DNA of 64,000 nucleotides from contig OZ024740.1 of the NCBI GenBank assembly GCA_964016885.1, positions 439,332,001 to 439,396,000 on the forward strand, given 5' to 3'. The position numbers and the translations under genes were made by a program. This document shows positions 27,851-38,352 of this stretch, piece by piece. Positions within the stretch are counted from its first letter, which is position 1. Each line of letters starts with the position of its first letter. Source of the stretch: Eledone cirrhosa. Taxonomy: Eukaryota. Under the pieces are notes generated by a model. The model was not told where the DNA came from, made no database searches, and was given only the letters and a program-made list of their open reading frames with translations.

Positions 27851-28448
27851 GGTGGTGGCTGCCAACTCGTTTTCGAGTACGGCCACTACTTTATATCCAT
27901 GTAGGAGAACCCCTACTGATGCGCTGAACGAGTGTGACTTTTTAGTCCAGCCAGCGACTTGAAAACTTTGGTACAAACACTACACTTGTGACAATTACTG
28001 ACACATAGTGCTGGGCCCATGGTACCCTGTGATGACAAGTGCAGAGAGATCTCCAGATATAAAGCAATGCCTGTGCCGTGAAGCTTCTATAGTGAGCAAA
28101 GGCACTGCACAAAGCCAGTCCCACTCTCTTAACCAAGATGATATTTACCAAAAAGAAGAACAAGTCAACATCATTGGATACCATCAGGGTTGCAGGTGTT
28201 ATATCAGAGTTTTCCTTCTCCTAGAATTCTGCCTTGACAAAGGCTAAGGGGTCATCTCTCCCGGTGATTTTGGATGGCCATTGACTCTTAAGAGTTCCTT
28301 TGCCCTTTGACAGGTTTTGTTTTTAGTCCTGCAGGATGTCCAAAGTCACCCTCCTCACCAAGAAACCTTGGCGGGGTTGCCAGTTTAGTCGCCAACGACC
28401 CGACCATGGGACAGGTTGTACTGGGATACATGTTACCAGTAGCACCAA
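27851..28448 (-). mobile_element. Non-autonomous bipartite RTE-derived element (~600 bp; RTE-like 5' UTR joined to RTE 3' end; copy 2)
   Basis: On the minus strand: RTE 5'UTR-like motifs (GAGGAGGGTG...GGACATCC...TAAAAAC; TCTAGGAGAAGGAAAACTCTGA), then a terminal C2H2 finger NCHKCSVCTKVFKSLAGLKSHTRSAHQ* (27996-27913), the hairpin CTCGAAAACGAG and a (TGTA)n tail. No RT or endonuclease sequence lies between. Confidence 0.75.
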
Positions 28449-28474
28449 CATATATATATACACACATACATACA

Positions 28475-28510
<36 letters not shown>

Positions 28511-28608
28511 GTAGCACCAACATACATATATACATACATACACACATACATACATATATACATATATATATACATATATACATACATACACATATACATA
28601 TACATACA

Positions 28609-28644
<36 letters not shown>

Positions 28645-28702
28645 TACATACATACATATATATATACATACATACATACACACATACATACATACACATA
28701 CA

Positions 28703-28734
<32 letters not shown>

Positions 28735-29095
28735 CATACATACATATATATATACATACATACATATATATATATATACATACATACATATATATATACA
28801 TACATACATATATACACACATACATACATACATACATACACATATATATACATACATACATACATATACATATACATACATATATATATACATATACATA
28901 CATATATACATACATACATACATATATATATACATACATATATACATACATACATACATATACATATATATACACATATACATACATATATATATATATA
29001 CATACATATATATATATATACATACATACATACATATATATACATACATACATACATACATACATACATACATACATACATACATACATACATAC
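28449..29095. repeat. Long compound (TACA)n/(TA)n microsatellite (~650 bp)
   Basis: Seen directly; includes a second copy of CAGTAGCACCAACATA at 28509-28524. Confidence 0.97.
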
Positions 29096-30223
29096 GAGTA
29101 TAAGTAATACCGTGCACAACAGTAAATGACGAGGTAGCTTATTCTATATAACATTACCTCATTCAACTATGAGTTGCTTTTACTGTTTTCTTACGTAAAA
29201 CCACACTTGGATGAATAAGAACAACCGATCTTTAGTCATCGGGAATTCCTGGGTAGCACCTGACTTTACTTATTGAAACAAACTACCTGTTATTTTACAA
29301 TAATGTTACACTAAGTTATAATCATTTTGAATGTTCACATGAACATGACATGTGTCCAATTATAACATTTGTCTTCTACTACATTGGCACAACGCACCTA
29401 TTGAAAAGAATCTATCTACTTCCTATAAAACTTGCTCTCTTACATCCAAGCACTACATAGACTCTATCTTATATATTTTATTTGATTTTTCTAGCAATGG
29501 ATTGTCAATGGAATGACAAGAAAATAGCGGGTAGTCTGCTATATAATTTAAACCAACTTGTTAAGGGAATTATAGTGCATTCACAATCGACTAAGCATCC
29601 TTAACGTGACTTTTTCTGCATTTACTAGATTCAAATAAAGATAGATATACACATTAGGCTGCAAGCTTGCAACTACAGTCCAAAGAAACTAAGAAGACAG
29701 CTGCAGTTTATTGTAAATCATTACACTGGTTAATTTTATGCACATGCATGTAAAATATTTATTATGCTAATTTTTGTTTCAATAATGCCTTTCTTCAGAA
29801 TTATATTCTAAACTGACAAGAATTTGTCCCCATAACTTGAAATATATCATTCGTGAAATATAGTAATCTAAAAATACGTAATGAAATTCAAATATAAAAA
29901 TAATTTACGGTATCAAGCTTCAGTGACATGTCATCATAATTGAAACATTACACTTAGATCGATACCATATTTAAACATTATAGGAAGCTATAATATTCTA
30001 CTTAATGACGCTATGTAAGTGGCGAAATGTGTCTAAAGAAATTTTATATATTTTTTAAATAGTGAAATTTTAGCTGTCTTTTGATCTTCCTTCTACCCAC
30101 ACAATTTTATTAATTAATCTAATTTGTATGCACCTAATTACCAAAGGAGAGATTATTAGCTGCATATTTGTAAACGTTTCTCTATTTCTAGTGGCTGTCA
30201 GCTGGACATTGTTTCCGTAAGAG

Positions 30224-30408
30224 GTGGTAGATTGGCAGTATCGGTAGAGTATCGGATAACATGCATCGTGGCACTGAGTTACGGCCCTTTACGTTATAGG
30301 TTCAAATCCCGCCGAGGTTAACTTTGCCTTTCATCATTACGGGGTCGATAAAATAAAGTACCAGTAATACACTGAGTAATTGCTGGTCTTGTGCCAAAGG
30401 TAGAAACA
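30224..30408 (+). mobile_element. tRNA-derived SINE with target-site duplication
   Basis: A-box-like TGGCAGTATCGG, B-box-like GGTTCAAATCCC and conserved core TTTGCCTTTCATCATTACGGGGTCGATAAAATAAAGTACCAGT. Flanking 16-bp direct repeat ATTGTTTCCGTAAGAG (30208-30223) / ATTATTTCCATAAGAG (30409-30424). Confidence 0.88.
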
Positions 30409-30522
30409 ATTATTTCCATAAGAGAAACAGAATCAATTTGTTTTTTTTTAACTTAGCAATCTGTACTTTAGTCTCATGTCAATCGGCATAAGTTTGGTTG
30501 GTTTTGGCCATGTCTAATTTAA

Positions 30523-30537
30523 TAGCGCCACCTGGTG
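30523..30537 (-). promoter_or_regulatory. CTCF-like binding motif (CACCAGGTGGCGCTA)
   Basis: Close match to the CTCF core consensus CCACCAGG(G/T)GGCGCTA. Motif match only; there is no binding evidence. Confidence 0.4.
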
Positions 30538-31179
30538 ATAGAGCAGATTATTTCACAAGTATTCCATCCCATATCATCTCTCTTCTCATATACAGTGAAC
30601 TAGGAACATATTATTCAACGATATTATTCCTGATGATTTCCTTCCAGTGAAACAGTTCTAGTCCTGTAGAAGCCATTTCTATATTAAATATTGCATATAC
30701 TCTACTATGTATTGAATACCTTACTTACTGTGGTTACCCCCGGGATACACACCGCACACCCCACCCGAACCCACCACACACATATATATATATATATATA
30801 TCAATGATATTAATAAATGGAAACTATATTTATAAAACCATATTTATTCTATTATATATATTTCAAGGCTACCAAAACTTTGGTACGCACTCATCAGATA
30901 AAATACAAACTTTGTTTTATAAATATTGACATATCCATGAATGAGATCTTAACGGTTCAAGTTTCACCCGGAAACTTGAACGGTTAAGGTTATAATTAAA
31001 ATCTCTAATCTGTCTGAGAGAGGAAATAGTTATTGATACGGTCTGTATATGAAAAATTATTTATATTTTATGAAAAAAATGTTATTTCTTATGTATGATT
31101 CAGGTTAAATATATAAAACAAATGTGGTATTCTCTACCCTCGTAATTTTAGATACATAATTCACTGTGTTTATTTCTAC

Positions 31180-31223
31180 ATATATTATTATATATATATA
31201 TATATATGTATATTATTATTATT

Positions 31224-31273
<50 letters not shown>

Positions 31274-31292
31274 ATTATTTATTATTATTATT
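31180..31292. repeat. (TA)n/(TAT)n microsatellite
   Basis: Seen directly. Confidence 0.95.
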
Positions 31293-31322
31293 ATGTGTAG
31301 TGACATCTTCATTGGCTTTATA

Positions 31323-33335
31323 TAGATGGTGGGAGATGCGCAGACATGTGCTATCCCGTCCAGGTTCATCCACGACAACCTCCACCTCATGCGATACATC
31401 ATAGAGAGGGTTGGGAACGAACCCCGCTTTGATGGGGCCCTGATCGACTTGGATCAATCTAAGGCATTCGATAGGGTCGACCACGGTTACCTGGATGCGG
31501 TGCTAGCGGCGGCAGGCTTCGGACCCGTTTTCAGGGGCTGCATCACTGCCATGCACAGCAGCCGCATTTGCTCTAGGGTCAAGGTGAACGGCTACCTCTC
31601 GGAGCCGTTCGAAATCACGTGGTCCATATGACAAGGGTGCCCTCTCTCCTCCCTTTTGTATGTAATGACTCTAGAGCTACTGCTGCGGAAGTTGGAGTTG
31701 TTGCAGAGCATCCCGTTGGAAGCGGGATTGAGGAAAGTAATGGTGTCGACGGCCTCGGAAATCGAGGCGATCGGCACCTTACTGGAGGAGTACGAAAGGT
31801 TTACAGGGGCTAAGCTGAACCGGGACAAGTCGATCGGTCTGAAACTCGGCATGTGGAGGGGCAGATCGATGCCCTCCGATGGCGTCGTCGGGCGCTGGAC
31901 GGAGGGCCCGGTGAAGTTGCTCGGCGTCTGGTTCGGACCAGACCTCCAGGTGGAGAAGAACTGAGGTGAGGTAACGAACAGGGTGTTTGCACTGACCCAG
32001 AAGTGGGCCGAGTGCAAACTGTCCCTGAAAGGTCGGGCGGAGGTGGAGAACACTTATATAGCGTCCGTCATCTACTACCACCTGACCGTCGTGCCTTGCC
32101 CAATGGAAACGCTCGCAAAAATGGAGCGCGCACTCTTCCAATTTCTTTGGAAGAAGCGGACTCCTATGGTGAGGAGATCCATCTGCTGTTAACACCCTTC
32201 GAAAAGAGAGCTGGGGATGCCGTGGCTGATGATTAAGGCTACGGCACCTCCAGGTATTCCTCACCGGTCAACCGTTGTGGGCCCCGTTTGAGAGGCGAGC
32301 CTTTCCCAGACTCGTCTCGCTCACCGAGCTGCAATCCTGGGTCAAGCAAAGACCGAGAAAACTGGTCTCCTGGCACACCGAGTGTGCCCAGGCGCTCATG
32401 GCTCTCTGGCAGGCGGACCCTGCTGTCAGTGGAGAATCCACCTCGTCACCTCTTCTAGAGAGCTGGTGGTTAGCAGGTCGACGACGCCCTCAGAGAAGGC
32501 CTAGACATGGAAGAAAACGAACTGGCCAACCTGTTCGGTAGGACATTCAGCCTGGGACCTATGGATAACTTCCAGAGGTCCCAGGCCTGGCAGTGCTACC
32601 GAGAAAGGCTCTACAGAGACGGGCGCCCGGGTAGGGATCGCTCGAAAAAGATCTGTACCAGATGCGGGTCCGCGAAGGAAACCGTTGCACACGCATTGGT
32701 ACACTGCTCGGGCATTGCCGATCTGTGAGGCTATGTCGAACGACTGCTGTCACGGGTGGGACCGATCCGGTTGACCACCGAGTCTATCGTAACGATCAAG
32801 CCCCCTCCCCTCTTCAAAAACGAAGGAGAGTCGGTGTTTCTGTGCGTAATAGCCATGGTGAAAGAGGTTGTATGGTGGACGCGTCTGAAAGGACTGAGGT
32901 CAGACACCTTTCTCTCTGGCCAACAACTAGTGTGTTTTTCCGATATCATTTCGGAAGAAGGATCAGGATGGAGAGAGAGGTGCTGCACCCCAGCCGTTTT
33001 TATGAAAGATGGGTGAAAGTGGCGAGAATGGTCCGTGTGAATGGGCCTTCACTCTACATAAGACTGTAGGTGAGAAAGATGAAAAATCAAGGGAGCACCC
33101 TCTCTCTGTGCTCCTGAGGAGAAGGGTTGCACACTTTTTCGGGTGTGTGTGCGACCCCACAAGGCGCCTCCTCCCTATTGAGGATTTTGTTATTCAATTT
33201 ATTTTTGTTATATTTTATATCTTATATTTTTATATTTTGTTATTGTCTCCTTATTGAGGACGCCTTTTTATGTAAACTCTTCCCATTGTACTTGTCCCAC
33301 TCTTTGACGCCCTGGTGGCAAATAAAAAGAAAGTT
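31323..33335 (+). mobile_element. 5'-truncated, inactivated L1/Tx1-clade LINE (ORF2 RT to C-terminal CCHC finger, 3' UTR)
   Basis: RT motifs IHDNL, LDQSKAFDRVDH, VKVNG, SI*QGCPLS, GAKLNRDKS, KLLGVWF and LSLKGRA; C-terminal CTRC...ETVAHALVHC. In-frame stops at 31629, 31962, 32190 and 32726 plus frameshifts; AATAAA at ~33320. Confidence 0.93.
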
Positions 33336-33825
33336 ATCTATTAGCTGTGTGATTATTTCTGTATTTAAACCAGTAGATAACTGGTATTAAGATATTGCCT
33401 TCCGATTATTGAACAGAACGAGGACTGGCTGAAACGTTACTAGGTTAATTATGTAGGAGTGATGCTAGAGCTGTGAAATCTTGCATGCATTAATTTCAAC
33501 TTTTCTTATTAATAACTGCATCGTTTCTTTCTAGGGACTATGATAACAAATAAAGGTCATTTGGTGATTTCATGAGAGTATCTTGGTCACTCTATGAGCT
33601 ATGGAAATGAGAGCTGACCTTATGCTCAATGAAATACATAAAACTAGATGGAATTCTTGCTATTTCTAATTGCTGTTTCTTGCTATTCTTGCTATTTTTA
33701 CACCAGTGTCGATTCATTGATATGCCCGGACTAACAGACCAAGTGTATGGTAAAATGATATGTGTATAAATATAGAGTAGGTAAACGTGACTGCCCCAAT
33801 TTCTATATAATATATCTAATCGAAA

Positions 33826-34080
33826 GTGACACAGAGGAGACTGAGGTTAGCTGGACATGCTCACCGACATCCAAAGTTTACAATGCATTCAGTACTCCTG
33901 TGGGAGCCCCTGCACGGACACACTGGAAGAGGAAGACTAAGGTTAACATATGTTGATGCCCTAAGGACAGACACTGGTCTGTTGGAGACGCAGGACATGA
34001 CAGCGATAATGAAGGACAGAGACCGCTGGAGAGAACTCGTCCATGGATCTCGGGAGTGTTACCCGCCCTAGATAGATAGG
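33826..34080 (+). mobile_element. 3' end of an RTE-type LINE (ORF C-terminus plus short TAGA tail)
   Basis: QRRLRLAGHAHRH...VLLWEPLHGHTGRGRLRLTYVDAL...MKDRDRWRELV* is the characteristic RTE/RTE-X C-terminal pattern; followed by TAGATAGATAG. Confidence 0.85.
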
Positions 34081-34390
34081 CATATCAACGTGCCAGAAAA
34101 GTACGAAGTTCCCTGTAAAGAAAAACAATTATAAACATCTTTAATCAATTTTCGGGTCTAATTAGACCTCTGATCAGATGATGTGTATATCATTTAAACA
34201 ACTACTAGAAAACATGTATCCCATGGGTATATACACCTATTCTCTCTTAGTATTATAATTAACGCTCGTGTTGATAATTAATTAAGATATATATATATGT
34301 GCGCGTGGCTGTGCTTTTGTACCTGTATGATGTGTTTAAATATTTCTATCAATGGATCAATATTGATGGTTCATATGTTTGTAGTAAGTA

Positions 34391-34500
34391 TACTTTGCAA
34401 TGTATGTATATTTTACAATGTAAGTATATATACAATGTATGTATATTTTACAATGTAAGTATATATAGAACATATGTATATTTTACAATGTATGTATATA
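34391..34500. repeat. Imperfect ~18-20-bp minisatellite (TATATTTTACAATGTATGTA-like)
   Basis: About five copies of the CAATGTA(T/A)GTATAT core. Confidence 0.75.
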
Positions 34501-34803
34501 CATATTTACCTAATTCTAAAATAACATTTTATATTAATATAAGTTAGCTTCGAGTGAACAATATATAATAATTTCTAATCATAAAACCACTTTTCCTCGT
34601 CTTTTGTATAAGTAGTTTAAATATATTATTATGAAAGTTTCACTAGTGGTATTTTATTGTAAAATATTCTAAAACAATAAATATGCTCAATTTATTGCTA
34701 GCAGTTCTGCCGGTATCTCAACAAATTCCACTTATCTTTTTTATGTGTTCATAATTTCCATTGTTCAAACATATAACCTCACTTCGCTGCAGCTTAAACA
34801 CTA

Positions 34804-34850
34804 ATATATATATATATACACATACATGCATGCATCCGCAAACATGTATA

Positions 34851-34933
<83 letters not shown>

Positions 34934-34958
34934 GTACATACATGCATACGCAAACACT

Positions 34959-35031
<73 letters not shown>

Positions 35032-35113
35032 TGCATACACATACGCTCACAAACATCTATATATATATATATATATATATACATATATATTCATATATAC
35101 ATATATATATATA

Positions 35114-35161
<48 letters not shown>

Positions 35162-35180
35162 TATATATATATATGTATAT
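34804..35180. repeat. Compound (TA)n/(CA)n microsatellite cluster
   Basis: Seen directly. Confidence 0.96.
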
Positions 35181-35884
35181 AATACACCAACAAAATTAGA
35201 AATTATCATTCCGGTTAGAGAAATATTTTAAATATTTCAATACATCTTGAGGGAAAAGCTTTTCGGCGTACAACTAACTTGCTGCAGGCAGATCTTCTAA
35301 TACTAACTCTTGTCTATTACGACATTCTCAGCAATCCGATCAGGAAATAACCTAACAAAAATCTAAAAGTAGAATCCTACATCACAGTTTTATTGCCAAA
35401 CTCACGCAACCTTACTCTTCCCTTCTCTCTTACCCTCTCTCTATCTATTTATCTCCCTCTCTCTCTTTATATATATATATATATGTGTGTGTAGGTGTAT
35501 GTGTATGTGTCTATCTATCCATCTTTCTCTCTCCCTCTCTCTAACTATCTATCTATATGTCTATCCTTTTCTGTCCTATACTCCTCTAAGGATTACCAGC
35601 CAAAAACTATTTTTATACTATATTTGAATATATTGAATTAGGTTTGACATACGTATATATATATATATATGTATATATACTCTCCTTCCCCACCACGTCG
35701 TCCTCCTAGAGGCCACTGGAACCTATTTTCCCTGCAGGCTACGGTGGACGTGCAGTAATCCAATAGAATTAGTCACCTACGGTCTTGAAGATTCTGTGGA
35801 AGCCATAGATCCAGCTCCGTTCTCCAGAATAACGAAACCAAAGAATAAGAGAGTGATGAATGGCAGAAAGACAACCAAAATACC

Positions 35885-36365
35885 TTTTTATGTTCTGTGA
35901 GGAAATCCTACCAAGGTTGATTCTCTCTTTAATCCTTCTAAAGTCAACAATATAATTACCAGTGAAGTACTATGACCAATGATTGACCCTCTCTTTAATA
36001 TCTGATACCCTGTGTCTATATCAAAGATGTTTATACGGGCCAATGATGGGGGGATGACAGACACGATAGATCAGTAAAAAACACCATATGGTGTACCTTG
36101 TGGTATCATTTACGTCGTTAAGTATGGTGACCTCAAAACCTGCCTAAGTCATCTTTTCCATTTATTTATGTGGAATCCCCAGTATTAAGTTCTAACCAAG
36201 CAAAGATTGTGATGTTTTGTCAATGATAGGCATCTGTATATATGGCAAAGACAGATGGATTGATGTCTGAAGTGGTAAGACGTCAGACAGAAAACCCCTC
36301 AAAATCAATGTTTTTAGTTCAGTTCTACGGGATCGATGAGTGCTAGTAATATACTGAAGTCCAAT
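35885..36365 (+). mobile_element. Cluster of old, degenerate SINE fragments of the same family
   Basis: Degenerate matches to the SINE core, e.g. AAATCCTACCAAGGTTGATTCTCTCTTTAATCCTTCTAAAGTCAACAATATAATTACCAGT and TTCTACGGGATCGATGAG. Confidence 0.5.
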
Positions 36366-37146
36366 CAATTCTCCTCTGCACCTATCTACTTTTTACTTAT
36401 TAATTTTAATTAATATTCTTATTATACACAAGTGGCTTTATTTTATTTAGAAACGTGGATATATGTAAGGGTTTTATTCTGTTTTTATGTAAATTATTGA
36501 AGATAATCTTGCAGGTGACATCTATACAACATGGTTTATCTAATCTAATATATTTATTCTATTTTATTATACTCATAATTGCATTACCTCTCTCGCATCT
36601 TTTAAAAGAAACCGCCTTTTGTGACGGCTTCAAACCTGGTTTCAATAAGTCAAGATAAGTAAAAGATTCAATGGGAGTTGATTATGTAAATCTAAACTAT
36701 AATAAAGTAAGGCGTGAGGGACTGCGTCCAGAATATATTTTTTTAATCCCGTTTGTAAAATAAGTTGGATTACTTTGAATACATAATGAATGAATATTAC
36801 ATAATTTATCTACTAAATTTCGTTATTCTTGATTAAATATAAATAATTTTGTTGCTTATTTTAAGATTCACTTCTTTAAAATTTTCAAATGTCAACACTT
36901 CCGGTTAGCGATCGCTTAAATAAACATTCATATATTTCTGTCACTAATTTTCTCCTAATGCAGTTTATATATAATATCGTCTTTTTTTAATGTATCACCG
37001 ATTACGTTACTGATTTCATAAGACAGTGTAACACAGTCTTCGTTCAATTTCTGTGTATATTGTCAATTACGATTTTATTTGATGTATTATATCTACATGC
37101 ATATACACTTGCGTATAATATCAATATGCACACTATACATGCACAC

Positions 37147-37191
37147 TATACTAGCAGAAAACCACCTTTCGGGTGGTTTTCTGCTAGTATA
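37147..37191. repeat. Perfect 20-bp inverted repeat with 5-nt loop (Helitron-terminus-like palindrome)
   Basis: TATACTAGCAGAAAACCACC-TTTCG-GGTGGTTTTCTGCTAGTATA. Confidence 0.9.
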
Positions 37192-37516
37192 TGCAATTAG
37201 AGTGTTGTTGTTTGTTTGAATTGACGGAGCTTCTTACCTGAAATACTTGTTAGGTGGTGAGTAGAAATATCTTTTAGGTCAATTGTTTAGCTTTCAATGT
37301 TTAGAAAATAAAGTTACAATATGAATGAAACACTTTGGAGTATTTATTACATAGTTTGGTGGTTAAGACTCCATCTATACAAGCTGTAAAAAAGTAAGGT
37401 TAGTTTGTAGAATAGAAACAAATGAAAAATATAGAATTCTGAATTAGTAGAGAGCAAGAATTTCTGTTGCCTAAAATTAGAGTAAAGACTAGTGATATTT
37501 TCTCGAGAGGAATAAA

Positions 37517-37624
37517 TGATATATCAGTTGTATATAGATGATTTGATATATCAGTTGTATATAGTTGATATGATATATCAGTTGTATATAGTTGATATGA
37601 TATATCAGTTGTATATAGTTGAGA
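37517..37624. repeat. 27-bp minisatellite x4
   Basis: TGATATATCAGTTGTATATAGTTGATA units start at 37517, 37544, 37571 and 37598. Confidence 0.92.
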
Positions 37625-37695
37625 TGTTTAGCAATGGGTTCTATGTATGATATAAAAGAAATGATTTAAGAAATTATAAAGAGGTGTTAATATTA

Positions 37696-37820
37696 GAGCA
37701 GGGGATTAGCAGTAATCAGTAGAGCGTTGGATACCATGCTTTGTGGCATAGAATTACGTCTCTGAGTTATGCTGGGGCTAGCTTTGCCTTTTATCCTTAC
37801 AGGGTCGATAAAATAAAATA
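37696..37820 (+). mobile_element. Degenerate SINE (5' part and core)
   Basis: GGATTAGCAGTAATCAGTAGAGCGTTGGATACCATGCTTTGTGGCA...CTTTGCCTTTTATCCTTACAGGGTCGATAAAATAA aligns to 30224-30360. Confidence 0.75.
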
Positions 37821-37861
37821 TGAAGGTGGTGTTAGAGTTGATAGAGAGCCAGATATAATGT

Positions 37862-37956
37862 CGTTGCAGTATATGTTCTGGTTCTTTATCTTCTTTACCT
37901 TCTTTACGTTATTTACGTTATTTACCTTCTTTACGTTGCAGTATTTGTTCTGGTTC
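37862..37956. repeat. 9-bp tandem repeats (TCTTTACCT/TATTTACGT) bracketed by a duplicated 23-mer CGTTGCAGTAT(A/T)TGTTCTGGTTC
   Basis: The 23-mer lies at 37862-37884 and 37934-37956, with the 9-bp units between. Confidence 0.8.
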
Positions 37957-37959
37957 GTT

Positions 37960-38087
37960 ACCTTCTGAAATCACTCCAAGGTCAATTCTGCCTTTCACCT
38001 TACCTGGATCGATAAAATAAACTACTGGCTTTGATTTAATCAACTTTGCCCTTTTCCCTCAAAATTTGCTGGTCTTGTGCCTAAATG
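37960..38087 (+). mobile_element. Degenerate SINE (core and 3' part)
   Basis: CAAGGTCAATTCTGCCTTTCACCTTACCTGGATCGATAAAATAA...AAATTTGCTGGTCTTGTGCCTAAA. Confidence 0.72.
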
Positions 38088-38352
38088 TTTTTAAAAATCT
38101 ATATTAGGTTGTATAAAAAGAGAGAAATAGAAATCCCTGTAAGTTTTGAATCTTCAAAAAGATCAAGTATATCGGAGTAAAACACATTATTTCAACATTT
38201 TGTCTTAACATGTTTCACCAATATTTTCTATAAGAACGCCAGTGGAAGTCATAATGTCAAGAATAGATCAAGGAAAGTGATTGTATGAACCTTTCAAAAG
38301 AAGGTAAATTCGAATAAATGTAATTCTCGGTTTTATATTGAATACTAATAAT

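Noticed and set aside
27913-27996. Host C2H2 zinc-finger gene exon
   Set aside because: It is a single finger without a TGEKP linker, embedded in a repeated element with RTE UTR motifs and tail.
28288-29166. ORFs rich in YIHT/MYVC (also 26408-26698, 27497-27976, 34718-35231)
   Set aside because: These are translations of TACA/TA microsatellites.
30224-30312. tRNA gene (A/B-box-like motifs)
   Set aside because: No cloverleaf forms. It continues into a SINE core and has a TSD, so it is a SINE head.
35781-35840. Hammerhead-like CTTGAAGA...CGAAAC
   Set aside because: The core is imperfect, and no convincing stems I/III or cleavage triplet could be built.
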